From NCBI RefSeq assembly GCF_055900595.2, contig NZ_CM148325.1: a stretch of 64,000 nucleotides of DNA. One strand, written 5' to 3'. The position numbers were made by a program, and so were the translations under genes. Position 1 is the first letter of the stretch, and each line of letters starts with the position of its first letter. The notes below the pieces were generated by a model. It worked only from the letters and a program-made list of their open reading frames with translations. It did not search any database and was not told the origin of the DNA. This document shows positions 32,909-44,909 of the stretch, piece by piece.

Positions 32909-33606
32909 TACTCGCCCTGTTGGCGTTGCAGTCTTGCTAATACATCCTGGGCGCTACTTTTGTTGCTACCGCCAATTCCGGCTTCCGCCAGTTTTTCATC
33001 AAGATCGCGACCATCTGCCACTTTTTCCAGCTGTGCGGCAGCATCCAGGCGAGCTTGACGTTCGGCCTGACGCGTTTGCAGACGCTTTAAGGATTCTGCC
33101 GCTGTCGAAACGCTGGAAGATGCGCCAACAGTAGAGGTCGTTACGGCCTGTTGTGCACGCTGCATGGCTTCAGTAGCTTTAACGACTTCCATTTGTTGCT
33201 CAAATTGAGCGATACGCTGTGCTGTCGCTGTAACCGCTTTTTCCACACCATCGCGAGAGACTTCCAGATTCGACAACACTTGCTCTTCAGCGGTAATGAC
33301 ATTCTCAAGACGGGCGATTTCTTCAGCAACTTCGTTAATCAACGACGGATTAACATTCTTGCTTAACGCTTCCAGCGCGCGAGCTTCCAGACTGGCTTTA
33401 CGCTCACGCAAATCTTTCAGTTTATCGTTGCTCAATTTCACTCTTGCCAGTAGATCGACACGTGATTTACCGGCCTTATCCAGTTCTGCTTTGGCATCGC
33501 GTATATGCTGTTCAAGCATTCTAACGCCCTGTGCTTCTTCAATGGATTCTTCCGCTTGCGAGATCACCGATTTACCCAGCGTAAATAAAGTTTTTAAAAT
33601 TCCCAT
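32908..33606 (-). CDS. yjfJ: PspA/IM30-family protein YjfJ
   Basis: 232-aa coiled-coil-rich ORF. Confidence 0.9.
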   Translation of the reverse strand: MGILKTLFTLGKSVISQAEESIEEAQGVRMLEQHIRDAKAELDKAGKSRVDLLARVKLSNDKLKDLRERKASLEARALEALSKNVNPSLINEVAEEIARLENVITAEEQVLSNLEVSRDGVEKAVTATAQRIAQFEQQMEVVKATEAMQRAQQAVTTSTVGASSSVSTAAESLKRLQTRQAERQARLDAAAQLEKVADGRDLDEKLAEAGIGGSNKSSAQDVLARLQRQQGE

Positions 33607-33624
33607 AAATACCTGTCCTTGTAA

Positions 33625-34026
33625 TTAATGTGAATATTCTTCTGTAATTTCAGCAAGATCCAAAGCGTTATCTACCAGCGTGGTTATTTCCAGCAGGATA
33701 TCTTCAAGAGAAGATTTAAGCGATAACGCCCCGAAAACAATGTAATACTCTTCCTGTTGCACGCTGGAGATCCCTACCGATGACAACGGCATCATCTTCT
33801 GATTTCTTAATAAGAAGGTATGAAATTCATCTGGATTGCTGATACTACTTACCGGGCAAATAAAGGTTTCGATGATCATTTGGCGGGAAGTAAAAAGAAT
33901 ATTGATTTGCAAATCGCCATAATCATTCATTTTAATAATTAATGCGTTTTCATTATTTGTTACATCAATATTTTGTTCAGGTACAGTTTGCAGCGCCGTC
34001 GCCAGCGCCAACGGATTCCATGTCAT
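33625..34026 (-). CDS. yjfI: DUF2170 protein YjfI
   Basis: 133-aa ORF, first gene of the yjfIJ unit. Confidence 0.85.
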   Translation of the reverse strand: MTWNPLALATALQTVPEQNIDVTNNENALIIKMNDYGDLQINILFTSRQMIIETFICPVSSISNPDEFHTFLLRNQKMMPLSSVGISSVQQEEYYIVFGALSLKSSLEDILLEITTLVDNALDLAEITEEYSH

Positions 34027-34105
34027 ATATTATTCCATATAAATTAAGTTTAAATATTAATAAAATGAATATTTGTAGTACGTAATTATCTTACCAGCTA
34101 TAGAC

Positions 34106-34132
34106 AAAAAAAAACCATCCAAATCTGGATGG
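34106..34132 (-). terminator. Intrinsic terminator after rlmB (ccatcc-agattt-ggatgg followed by a U-run on the minus-strand transcript)
   Basis: 6-bp stem with the + strand A9 run giving T9 downstream on the minus strand. Confidence 0.6.
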
Positions 34133-34152
34133 CTTTTCATAATTCCGAGAAA

Positions 34153-34884
34153 TTAGCTACGCTGGCGTACCGCTTCAAATAAGCAAATGCCTGTCGCCAC
34201 AGAAACGTTCAGCGAAGAAACACTTCCTGCCATTGGGATGCTGATCAACTCATCGCAATGTTCACGGGTCAGGCGACGCATGCCTTCACCTTCTGCGCCC
34301 ATCACCAGTGCCAGCCGTCCGGTCATTTTGCTCTGATAGAGCGTATGATCCGCCTCACCTGCCGTACCGACGATCCAGATATTCTCTTCCTGCAACATAC
34401 GCATGGTGCGCGCAAGGTTAGTCACCCGAATCAGCGGAACGCTTTCTGCCGCGCCGCAGGCTACTTTTTTCGCCGTGGCGTTGAGCTGTGCGGAGCGATC
34501 TTTCGGCACAATCACCGCATGAACACCTGCGGCGTCCGCGCTACGCATACATGCACCCAGGTTATGCGGATCGGTTACACCGTCGAGGATCAGCAGGAAC
34601 GGCTGATCGAGCGAAGCGAGCAGATCCGGCAGATCATTTTCCTGATACTGACGTCCAGGCTTCACACGGGCGATAATGCCCTGATGCACGGCACCGTCGC
34701 TTTTCTCGTCGAGATATTGGCGGTTTGCCAGCTGGATAACCACGCCCTGGGACTCAAGGGCGTGAATCAGCGGCAACAGACGTTTATCTTCACGGCCTTT
34801 TAAAATAAAGACTTCCTGAAAACGTTCAGGGGCGCGCTCCAGCAGGGCCTGCACTGCGTGGATGCCGTAAATCATTTCGCTCAT
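34153..34884 (-). CDS. rlmB: 23S rRNA (guanosine2251-2'-O)-methyltransferase RlmB
   Basis: 243-aa SpoU-family ORF. Confidence 0.93.
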   Translation of the reverse strand: MSEMIYGIHAVQALLERAPERFQEVFILKGREDKRLLPLIHALESQGVVIQLANRQYLDEKSDGAVHQGIIARVKPGRQYQENDLPDLLASLDQPFLLILDGVTDPHNLGACMRSADAAGVHAVIVPKDRSAQLNATAKKVACGAAESVPLIRVTNLARTMRMLQEENIWIVGTAGEADHTLYQSKMTGRLALVMGAEGEGMRRLTREHCDELISIPMAGSVSSLNVSVATGICLFEAVRQRS

Positions 34885-34908
34885 TAATGTACTCGTTGTT
34901 TACGTTTT

Positions 34909-35007
34909 GCCTGATGCGCTACGCTTATCAGGCCTACATGATCCCTGCAATGTATTGAATTTGCCTGATTATGTAGGCCGGATAAGGCGTTCACGCCGCA
35001 TCCGGCA
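34909..35007. repeat. BIME-type repeat: two REP units flanking an AT-rich spacer (gcctgatgcgctacgcttatcaggcctac ... gtaggccggataaggcgttcacgccgcatccggca)
   Basis: Classic REP consensus palindromes read directly, between rnr and rlmB. Confidence 0.8.
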
Positions 35008-35064
35008 TGAACAAAGCGCATTTTGTCAGCAATCTGCCCCTCTTCTGTTTGAAGAGGGTAATGA

Positions 35065-37506
35065 TCACTCTGCCACTTTTTTCTTCGCCGCACGCTTCGC
35101 TTTGGTCGCTGCGGCTATTTTCTGCGTTTTCGCCGATGGCTTTTTCGCTTTTCTCGCGTCTTTCTTCGCCGCTTTCGGCTTCGTTTTTTTCTCGCCGCGG
35201 AAAGCGCTGTCTGGCTCAAAGTTTACCTTTTTACCAACCTGACGACGCTTGCCGCCTTTTTTGCCTGCATCGCCTTTTTTCGCTTTCTCGCGCGCGGTTT
35301 TACCGACGTTGCGCGGTGCGCGTTCGCTGGAGATCAGGCTAAAGTCGATTTTGCGCTCGTCCATATTAACCGCTTCGACGCGAACTTCCACGCGATCGCC
35401 CAGGCGATAAGTCTGGCCGCTGGATTCACCCATCAGGCGTTGTCCCACCTGGTCAAAGCGATAGTAGTCATTGTCCAGCGAAGAGACGTGGACCAGACCA
35501 TCGATGAACAAGTCATCCAGGCGAACAAAGAAGCCAAAGCCAGTGACACTGGAAATCACGCCTTTAAAGACGTTACCTACCTGGTCGAGCATGAAGTCAC
35601 ACTTCAGCCAGTCAGCCACATCGCGCGTTGCTTCGTCGGCACGACGTTCCGCCATCGAACAGTGCTGACCCAGTTGCAGCATTTCTTCCATCGAATAATG
35701 GTAGCCGCCGGTTTCAGTGGTGTTGCCCTGATGCCCTTGCTCTTTCGCCAGCAGATACTTAATGGCGCGGTGGAGCGTCAGATCAGGATAACGACGAATC
35801 GGCGAAGTAAAGTGCGCATAGGACTGCAATGCCAGACCGAAGTGACCGCGGTTTTCCGGATCGTAAATCGCTTGTTTCATCGAGCGCAACAGCATGGTTT
35901 GCAGCATTTCTGCGTCAGGACGGTCAGCAACCGATTCCAACAGTTCCGCGTAGTCACGCGGTTCCGGCTTGTTACCGCCAGGCAATTCCAGCCCCAGCTC
36001 CGCCAGCACTGAACGGAAAGAGGTTATTGCTTCAGTGCTCGGCTTGTCGTGAATACGGAACAGTGCCGGTTCTTTGGCCTTCTCAACGAAACGCGCCGCC
36101 GAGATATTCGCCAGAATCATGCACTCTTCAATTAACTTGTGTGCGTCGTTACGCTGGGTCTGTTCGATACGCTCAATACGGCGTTCAGCGTTGAAAATGA
36201 ACTTCGCTTCTTCGCTCTCAAACGAGATCCCGCCGCGTTCTTCACGGGCTTTATCCAGCACTTTATAGAGGTTATGCAGCTCTTCGAGATGCTTAACCAG
36301 CGGGGAGTACTGCTCGCGCAGATCCTGATCGCCCTGCAGAATATGCCAGACTTTGGTGTAGGTCAGACGCGCGTGAGAGCTCATCACCGCTTCGTAGAAT
36401 TTGTAGCCCGTCAGGCGGCCTTTCGACGAAATGGTCATCTCGCAAACCATACACAAGCGGTCTACCTGCGGGTTGAGCGAGCACAGGCCGTTAGAGAGCA
36501 CTTCCGGCAGCATCGGGATAACCTGCGAAGGGAAGTACACCGACGTACCACGGTTACGCGCTTCTCTGTCCAGCGGTGTTGGCGGACGCACATAGTAGCT
36601 GACATCGGCAATTGCGACCCACAAACGCCAGCCGCCGCCGCGTTTTTTCTCGCAGTAAACTGCATCGTCAAAGTCACGGGCGTCTTCGCCATCAATGGTG
36701 ACCAGCGGTAAATCGCGCAGATCGACACGGCCAGCTTTCGCCTCTTCCGGTACTTCTTCTTTCAGCCCGGCAACCTGTTGCTCAACAGCCTGCGGCCAGA
36801 TGTACGGAATTTCATGGGTGCGCAGAGCGATATCAACCGCCATGCCAGTCCCCATATTATCGCCCAGCACTTCGACGATTTTACCCACCGCTTTGGTACG
36901 GCGAGTCGGGCGTTGGGTCAGTTCAACCACCACCACAAAGCCCATCCGCGCGCCCATGATCTGATCGGGCGGGATTAAGATATCGAAGCTCAAACGACTG
37001 TCGTCAGGAACCACAAAGCCGACACCCGCTTCGGTAAAGTAGCGACCAACAATCTGGCTGGTTTTTGGTACCAGTACGCGGACAATACGCGCTTCACGGC
37101 GGCCTTTACGGTCAGCGCCCAGCGGCTGTGCCAGCACCTGATCGCCATGAATGCATGTTTTCATCTGCTCGCTGGAGAGATACAAATCATCTTTACGTCC
37201 TTCAACCCGCAGAAAGCCGTAGCCATCACGGTGGCCAATAACGGTACCTTTCACCAGGTCGAGGCGTTCCGGCAGCGCATAGCACTGACGGCGAGTGAAG
37301 ACCAGTTGACCATCGCGCTCCATCGCGCGCAGGCGGCGACGCAGGCCTTCAAGCTGCTCTTCGCCTTCAATGTGCAGTTCTACCGCCAGCTCATCACGGC
37401 TGGCCGGTTTTTCACGTTTGGTTAAATGTTCGAGGATAAATTCCCGACTAGGGATGGGATTCGCGTATTTTTCAGCTTCGCGTTCCTGGAAAGGATCTTG
37501 TGACAT
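35065..37506 (-). CDS. rnr: Ribonuclease R
   Basis: 813 aa from ATG 37504-37506 ([10 protein letters not shown]...); RNB domain and Lys-rich C-terminal tail; track ORF extended 14 codons. Confidence 0.93.
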   Translation of the reverse strand: MSQDPFQEREAEKYANPIPSREFILEHLTKREKPASRDELAVELHIEGEEQLEGLRRRLRAMERDGQLVFTRRQCYALPERLDLVKGTVIGHRDGYGFLRVEGRKDDLYLSSEQMKTCIHGDQVLAQPLGADRKGRREARIVRVLVPKTSQIVGRYFTEAGVGFVVPDDSRLSFDILIPPDQIMGARMGFVVVVELTQRPTRRTKAVGKIVEVLGDNMGTGMAVDIALRTHEIPYIWPQAVEQQVAGLKEEVPEEAKAGRVDLRDLPLVTIDGEDARDFDDAVYCEKKRGGGWRLWVAIADVSYYVRPPTPLDREARNRGTSVYFPSQVIPMLPEVLSNGLCSLNPQVDRLCMVCEMTISSKGRLTGYKFYEAVMSSHARLTYTKVWHILQGDQDLREQYSPLVKHLEELHNLYKVLDKAREERGGISFESEEAKFIFNAERRIERIEQTQRNDAHKLIEECMILANISAARFVEKAKEPALFRIHDKPSTEAITSFRSVLAELGLELPGGNKPEPRDYAELLESVADRPDAEMLQTMLLRSMKQAIYDPENRGHFGLALQSYAHFTSPIRRYPDLTLHRAIKYLLAKEQGHQGNTTETGGYHYSMEEMLQLGQHCSMAERRADEATRDVADWLKCDFMLDQVGNVFKGVISSVTGFGFFVRLDDLFIDGLVHVSSLDNDYYRFDQVGQRLMGESSGQTYRLGDRVEVRVEAVNMDERKIDFSLISSERAPRNVGKTAREKAKKGDAGKKGGKRRQVGKKVNFEPDSAFRGEKKTKPKAAKKDARKAKKPSAKTQKIAAATKAKRAAKKKVAE

Positions 37507-37544
37507 CTCGGTTCCTCCGTTGTCATCTCTGATGAAGATTTTCG

Positions 37545-37970
37545 TCACTCCACCAGCAATAATTTATAAAGCGGTTGATTCTCTTCAACCAAATCGGCAA
37601 GCGTGTAGTTATCCAGTTCCATAAGAAAACTTTGCACGGCCTTAGAAAGCGCCTGTTTCAACCGACAGGCAGGTGTAATGTGGCAAAACTCACTGCTGCA
37701 ATTCACCAGCGATAAGGGCTCCAGCTCGCGCACCACATCACCAATACGTATCGCACTCGCCGGTTTACCCAGGCGAATGCCGCCATTTTTTCCACGAACA
37801 GCAGTCACGTAGCCGGCACGACTAAGTTGATTGATTATTTTGACCATATGATTACGGGAGACGCCGTAGACGTCAGTCACTTCAGAAATACTGGTCATCC
37901 GCCCTTCTGGCAATGACGCCATGTAGATCAGCGCACGTAATCCGTAATCAGTGAAACTCGTTAACTGCAC
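37545..37970 (-). CDS. nsrR: Nitric-oxide-sensing Rrf2-family repressor NsrR
   Basis: 141-aa ORF with N-terminal HTH; three Cys for the Fe-S cluster. Confidence 0.93.
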   Translation of the reverse strand: MQLTSFTDYGLRALIYMASLPEGRMTSISEVTDVYGVSRNHMVKIINQLSRAGYVTAVRGKNGGIRLGKPASAIRIGDVVRELEPLSLVNCSSEFCHITPACRLKQALSKAVQSFLMELDNYTLADLVEENQPLYKLLLVE

Positions 37971-38174
37971 ATCAACCTCAAAAGGGAAAGCGGGAAAAAA
38001 TACATTTATATTGATGATAAACCAGCCACAAGCTGTGTCGCTAATTTATTTCAGTTCGGGGAAGGAAAAAAGCGAGGATTTAACACTGTGTCGGATAGCG
38101 TAATGGCTTACCCGACACAGCAATGTATCACACTGTTAGCCCGGCAGGCAAAATATCTGCCAGGCGTACCAGAA

Positions 38175-39476
<1,302 letters not shown>

Positions 39477-39576
39477 TCAAAATCACCGTTTGCTTAAAAA
39501 TGGATTCTACCATCGCTTTTTCAGAGTTACAGCACTTTTTGCACTCAAAAATGACCTCGATCAGTCTGTTTTTTGT

Positions 39577-39774
39577 TCAGCCAATCGTTTTCCTCAACAT
39601 GTAGTAGACCACAACGCCCGCAACCACAAGTCCACCGCCAAAACGACGTAAAATATTATCGGGCAAATTGGTCATCGCAGCGATCATCTTCTTCCATGCC
39701 TTCGGGTAAAGCATCGGCCCTAAACCTTCCAGCACCAAAACCAGGGCAAGCGCCAGCCAGATTGTCGAATTCAT
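39577..39774 (-). CDS. yjeT: DUF2065 small membrane protein YjeT
   Basis: 65-aa hydrophobic ORF between purA and hflC. Confidence 0.8.
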   Translation of the reverse strand: MNSTIWLALALVLVLEGLGPMLYPKAWKKMIAAMTNLPDNILRRFGGGLVVAGVVVYYMLRKTIG

Positions 39775-39790
39775 TCATTATCCTTATAGA

Positions 39791-39826
39791 AAAAGAAAAC
39801 CACCGACATCCCTGAGGATGCGGTGG
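39791..39826 (-). terminator. Intrinsic terminator after hflC
   Basis: Hairpin ccaccgcatcc-tcag-ggatgtcggtgg (one mismatch) followed by a U-run on the minus-strand transcript. Confidence 0.6.
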
Positions 39827-39855
39827 CTTTATTGACCTGTACCGCAGTCGTTATA

Positions 39856-40860
39856 TTAACGCGTTGCGGAAGTCGGCGTCTTCATGTAGCGGAAGAAATC
39901 GCTGTCCGGGCTCATGACCATCACGTCCTGATTGCCAGAGAAGCTGTTCTCATAAGCACGCAGGCTACGGATGAATGCGTAGAAGTCCGGATCTTTACTG
40001 AATGCATCAGCAAACAGTTTGGCTGCTTCTGCATCGCCTTCACCACGCATGATGCGGCCCTGACGCTCAGCTTCTGCCAGCGTTCTGGTCACTTCATAGT
40101 CGGCAGTCGCGCGCAGTTTTTCCGCTTCTTCCTGACCTTGTGAACGGTGACGACGTGCTACCGCTTCACGCTCGGCGCGCATACGGTTGTAGATCGCTTC
40201 AGACACTTCGGTCGGCAGGTTAATCTGCTTGATACGCACATCGACAACTTCAATACCCAGCGCCGCCATACTGTTCGGGTTGATGACCGGAACTTTGCCC
40301 TTCGTCTCAGCCGTTACGCGCTCTGCCGCTTCGGCAATGGCGTTATCCGCTGCCGGGGTAGTAACTTCATCTTCTGTACCCGCAGAACCGGAGTTTAGCG
40401 CGTCACGCACTTCCAGGGTCAGACGACCACGGGAATCGGTGACGATATCTTTAACATCCAGACGACCAATTTCAGAACGCAGACGGTCAGAGAACTTACG
40501 TTTCAATAGCACTTCCGCTTGCGAAATGTCGCCACCACCCGTTGCCAGGTAGTAACGGCTGAAATCGCTGATGCGCCATTTGATGTAAGAGTCGACGATC
40601 AGGTCTTTCTTCTCTTTGGTCACAAAGCGGTCGGCCTGGTTGTCCATGGTCTGAATACGTGCGTCGAGCATTTTCACCGTTTCAATGAACGGTATCTTGA
40701 AATGCAGACCCGGCTCATAAACCAGAGGTTTGTTGTCATCGTCACGCAGTACCTTACCAAAACGCAGCGTAATACCGCGCTCACCTTCTTTGACGACAAA
40801 GACAGACATGTAAAGCACTACCAGCACGATGATGATAATCGCGATAACTGACTTACGCAT
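39856..40860 (-). CDS. hflC: FtsH modulator HflC (SPFH/band-7)
   Basis: 334-aa ORF. Confidence 0.95.
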   Translation of the reverse strand: MRKSVIAIIIIVLVVLYMSVFVVKEGERGITLRFGKVLRDDDNKPLVYEPGLHFKIPFIETVKMLDARIQTMDNQADRFVTKEKKDLIVDSYIKWRISDFSRYYLATGGGDISQAEVLLKRKFSDRLRSEIGRLDVKDIVTDSRGRLTLEVRDALNSGSAGTEDEVTTPAADNAIAEAAERVTAETKGKVPVINPNSMAALGIEVVDVRIKQINLPTEVSEAIYNRMRAEREAVARRHRSQGQEEAEKLRATADYEVTRTLAEAERQGRIMRGEGDAEAAKLFADAFSKDPDFYAFIRSLRAYENSFSGNQDVMVMSPDSDFFRYMKTPTSATR

Positions 40861-40862
40861 CG

Positions 40863-42122
40863 TTATTCCCCCTGACGCTGGTAGTCGTTACGCTGCGCGT
40901 TAGCGCGGCGTTGGTCCATAATATCGCCCTGACTGGTGGACGACGTGTTGCTTGCTCCACTGGTTGTGGAGGAAGAGGCTGGCGGCAGACGCAGCAGATT
41001 GCTGGCACCGTTATCGCTCTTCGCCGCAGGGGCGTTACCACCTTTCAGCATCTGGTCTAACGGCAGAACCATCAGGTTGCCACCTTTATCGTTAACCAGC
41101 ACTTTGCGGGTGTTGCCCAACACTTTTTCCATCGTCTCGATATACAGACGCTCGCGGGTAATTTCCGGCGCAGCTTTATATTCCGGCAGAAGTTTAGCAA
41201 AGCGTGCCACTTCACCCTGGGCTTCCAGGATAGTCTGAGCCTTGTACGCACGCGCCTCTTCGAGGATACGTTGCGCCTGACCGTTCGCACGCGGCTGAAC
41301 TTCGTTGGTATACGCTTCTGCTTCACGAATGTATTGCTGTTCGTTTTCACGCGCGGCAATCGCATCGTCAAACGCCGCTTTTACTTCTTCCGGCGGACGA
41401 GCTGCCTGGAAGTTGACGTCCAGCAGAGTGATACCCATGTCATACGGACGAATCGTCTCTTCCAGTTCGCGCTGAGTATCGCTACGAATCACGGTACGAC
41501 CTTCCGTCAGAATGCGGTCCATGGTGTATTTACCGATAACCCCACGCAGGGCGCTGTCGGTAGCCTGACGCAGGCTGTCATCCGGGCTGGTCACGCTATA
41601 CAGATATTTTTCCGGATTGGTGACGCGGTACTGTACGTTCATCTCAACGCGCACCACGTTTTCGTCCGACGTCAGCATCACACCGGAAGCAGCCAGTTCA
41701 CGCACGGCTTCCACGTTCACCGGTTTGACTTCGTCGATAAACGTCGGTTTCCAGTTCAGACCCGGCTCAACCAGATGGCTGAATTTACCAAAGCGTGTTA
41801 CCACGCCGCGTTCGGCTTCTTTAATGGTGTAGAAACCACTGGCCGCCCAAATAATGACAATCGCTGCCGCTGCGATGGTAACGACACGACCGCCAAGCTG
41901 CGGGCGCGGGCCTTGCGATGAATTACCACCGCCAGATCCGGTGCCTTTACCGCCGCCCAGACCACCGAGCTTTTTGCTCAGTTTGCGGAAGATATCATCT
42001 AAATCAGGTGGCCCTTGATCGCGACCGCCTTTGTTTCCATTTCCCTCAGAGTTGCCGCCAGGTTTGCTGCTTCCCCACGGGTCGCGGTCTTGTCCGTTAT
42101 TACCGGGCTGATTCCACGCCAT
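40863..42122 (-). CDS. hflK: FtsH modulator HflK (SPFH/band-7)
   Basis: 419-aa ORF with Gly-rich N-terminus. Confidence 0.95.
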   Translation of the reverse strand: MAWNQPGNNGQDRDPWGSSKPGGNSEGNGNKGGRDQGPPDLDDIFRKLSKKLGGLGGGKGTGSGGGNSSQGPRPQLGGRVVTIAAAAIVIIWAASGFYTIKEAERGVVTRFGKFSHLVEPGLNWKPTFIDEVKPVNVEAVRELAASGVMLTSDENVVRVEMNVQYRVTNPEKYLYSVTSPDDSLRQATDSALRGVIGKYTMDRILTEGRTVIRSDTQRELEETIRPYDMGITLLDVNFQAARPPEEVKAAFDDAIAARENEQQYIREAEAYTNEVQPRANGQAQRILEEARAYKAQTILEAQGEVARFAKLLPEYKAAPEITRERLYIETMEKVLGNTRKVLVNDKGGNLMVLPLDQMLKGGNAPAAKSDNGASNLLRLPPASSSTTSGASNTSSTSQGDIMDQRRANAQRNDYQRQGE

Positions 42123-42207
42123 GTTTGTGCTCCATATTTGTTATGCGGTGATCCCTGTTGTCTTTCGACGCCAGAGGATATGACTCCACGCTTCAGACGC
42201 TACGCCG

Positions 42208-43488
42208 TTAGATCAAGTAATCGATCAACGCCGGTTCTTGTTTGCAGAGGCGACGCCAGTCAACGATCGGCATACGAACTTGCAGACTTACGCTGCCGTC
42301 CTCCTCCATCCACTCTTTTTCTATTGCCTGAAGCTGATAAAAACGACTTCTCAGACGCCCTTCCTGCGGCGGCAGACGCAATGTATGCTGCGCCACCTCG
42401 CCGGAAAGCCGCTCCGTCAAAGCCTGAAAAAGCTGTGGTATCCCCGCTCCGGTCTGCGCAGAAAGCCAGACACGGATCGGTTTGTTCTCTTCGTCCCGAT
42501 CAATACGCGGTTCAAAATCTTCCAGCATATCGATCTTGTTCATCACCAGCAGGGTTGGGATCTCGTGAGCATCGATCTCTTCAAGAACCGTATTCACCGC
42601 TTCGATGTTTTCTTGTACTCGCACATCTGCCGCGTCAATGACGTGCAGCAGCAATGTGGCTTGCCGCGTCTCTTGTAACGTGGCTTTAAATGCCGCCACC
42701 AGATCGTGCGGCAGGTGGCGAATAAACCCTACGGTATCTGCCAGCACGGTTTCACCGACATCCGCGACGTCAATACGCCGCAACGTCGGGTCGAGGGTGG
42801 CAAACAACTGGTCTGCCGCATAGACCCGCGCTTCGGTGATGCGATTGAAAAGGGTAGATTTACCGGCGTTGGTATATCCCACCAGCGAAACAGTAGGAAC
42901 GTCGGCTTTGATACGCGATTGCCGCCCCTGCTCACGCTGTTTTTCAACTCTTTCCAGGCGCGACTGTATCTGCACGATGCGATTACGCAACAAACGACGG
43001 TCGGTTTCGAGCTGGGTTTCACCCGGACCACGCAAACCGATCCCGCCTTTCTGTCTTTCAAGGTGGGTCCAGCCACGCACCAGGCGCGTAGCCAGATGGC
43101 GCAACTGCGCCAGCTCAACCTGCAACTTACCCTCATGGGTACGCGCACGTTGGGCGAAAATATCTAAAATAAGGCCGGTGCGGTCGATAACACGACACTC
43201 GCACAAACGCTCCAGGTTACGCTCTTGCGCCGGGCTCAGGGCATGGTCAAAAAGAACGACCGAAGCACCCGTCGCTTTGACAGCTTCCGCAATTTCAACT
43301 GCTTTACCTTCACCTACAAAATACTTTGGGTGCGGCGCTTTACGGCTACCGGTAATCACCTGCAATGCTTCGACACCGGCGGAAGAAACCAGAGATTCAA
43401 ACTCCTGGAGGTCTTCCATATCTTTGTCTTGCGTAAAATAGATGTGTACCAGTACCGCCTGCTCACCAGCATCATAACGGTCAAACAA
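42208..43488 (-). CDS. hflX: Ribosome-associated GTPase HflX
   Basis: 426-aa ORF with G1-G4 GTPase motifs (GYTNAGKST). Confidence 0.95.
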   Translation of the reverse strand: MFDRYDAGEQAVLVHIYFTQDKDMEDLQEFESLVSSAGVEALQVITGSRKAPHPKYFVGEGKAVEIAEAVKATGASVVLFDHALSPAQERNLERLCECRVIDRTGLILDIFAQRARTHEGKLQVELAQLRHLATRLVRGWTHLERQKGGIGLRGPGETQLETDRRLLRNRIVQIQSRLERVEKQREQGRQSRIKADVPTVSLVGYTNAGKSTLFNRITEARVYAADQLFATLDPTLRRIDVADVGETVLADTVGFIRHLPHDLVAAFKATLQETRQATLLLHVIDAADVRVQENIEAVNTVLEEIDAHEIPTLLVMNKIDMLEDFEPRIDRDEENKPIRVWLSAQTGAGIPQLFQALTERLSGEVAQHTLRLPPQEGRLRSRFYQLQAIEKEWMEEDGSVSLQVRMPIVDWRRLCKQEPALIDYLI

Positions 43489-43564
43489 GCGTATAACCCT
43501 CTAAATAGATCAGCGGGGAACGCAGGATCGCTGGCTCCCCGTGTAAAAAAAACAGCATGAAACC

Positions 43565-43885
<321 letters not shown>

Positions 43886-43958
43886 TTATATGCTTATTTG
43901 TACTTTGAACCTTTCGATTCTGAAAAAATTGCGCACGATACGTCTCAATTGTACACAT

Positions 43959-44909
43959 TCAGCCTGCGATAGCACCAACAACCTGTAATACTTCGTCACG
44001 CGCCTGTTCTGGTTTTTCACTGTCAAGCCAGTGAACCCCTTCCCAACCACGCAGCCAGGTTATCTGCCGCTTCGCCAACTGTCTCGTGGCGCAAACACCT
44101 CGATAAACCATTTCATCGTATGAGATTTCGCCTTCAAGGTAAGACCACATCTGGCGATAACCCACGCAACGAATGGAAGGCAAGTCCGTATGCAAATCTC
44201 CTCGGGCAAAAAGCGCCCGGACTTCTGCTTCAAAACCTGAAGCCAACATCTGATGAAAACGCTGCTCAATTCGTTGATGGAGCAGTTCACGGCTCGCCGG
44301 GGCGATGGCGAACTGATGCACCTGATACGGTAGAGCGTCTCCTGACGTTTGCGTCAGTTCCGTTAAAGTTTTACCCGAAATGAAAAAAACTTCCAGTGCC
44401 CGGGAAAGCCTTTGTGGATCATTTGGATGAATCCTTGCTGCCGCAACCGGATCGATCTCCTGAAGTTGACGATGCAATGACTCCCAACCTTGCTCTGCCG
44501 CCTGTTGCTCAATTCTGGCCCGCACTTCGGAGTCCGCCGACGGTAGCGGCGACAACCCTTCCAGCAATGCCTTGAAATACAACATCGTACCGCCCACTAA
44601 TAGTGGGATCCGCCCCGCCGCGGTGATATCGGCCATTTCCGCCAGCGCATCGCGGCGAAAATCAGCGGCCGAATAAGCCTGCGACGGATCGCGAATATCC
44701 AGCAATCGGTGCGGCGCGGCGAGTAACTCTTCAGCGTTCGGCTTCGCCGTCCCGATATCCATCCCTTTGTAAATAAGGGCAGAATCAACGCTTATCAACT
44801 CTACTGGTAAAATTTTACGCAGCTCAATGGCTAACGCCGTTTTACCGGAGGCCGTCGGCCCCATCAAAAAAATCGCCTTAGGCAGGCTCGCCTTACTGAT
44901 ATCACTCAT
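43959..44909 (-). CDS. miaA: tRNA dimethylallyltransferase MiaA
   Basis: 316-aa ORF with P-loop GPTASGKT. Confidence 0.95.
   Translation of the reverse strand: MSDISKASLPKAIFLMGPTASGKTALAIELRKILPVELISVDSALIYKGMDIGTAKPNAEELLAAPHRLLDIRDPSQAYSAADFRRDALAEMADITAAGRIPLLVGGTMLYFKALLEGLSPLPSADSEVRARIEQQAAEQGWESLHRQLQEIDPVAAARIHPNDPQRLSRALEVFFISGKTLTELTQTSGDALPYQVHQFAIAPASRELLHQRIEQRFHQMLASGFEAEVRALFARGDLHTDLPSIRCVGYRQMWSYLEGEISYDEMVYRGVCATRQLAKRQITWLRGWEGVHWLDSEKPEQARDEVLQVVGAIAG

Noticed and set aside
41271-43441. Several 200-aa-class + strand ORFs (41271-41921, 42015-42641, 42836-43441)
   Set aside because: All are antisense to hflK or hflX, which are clearly the real genes
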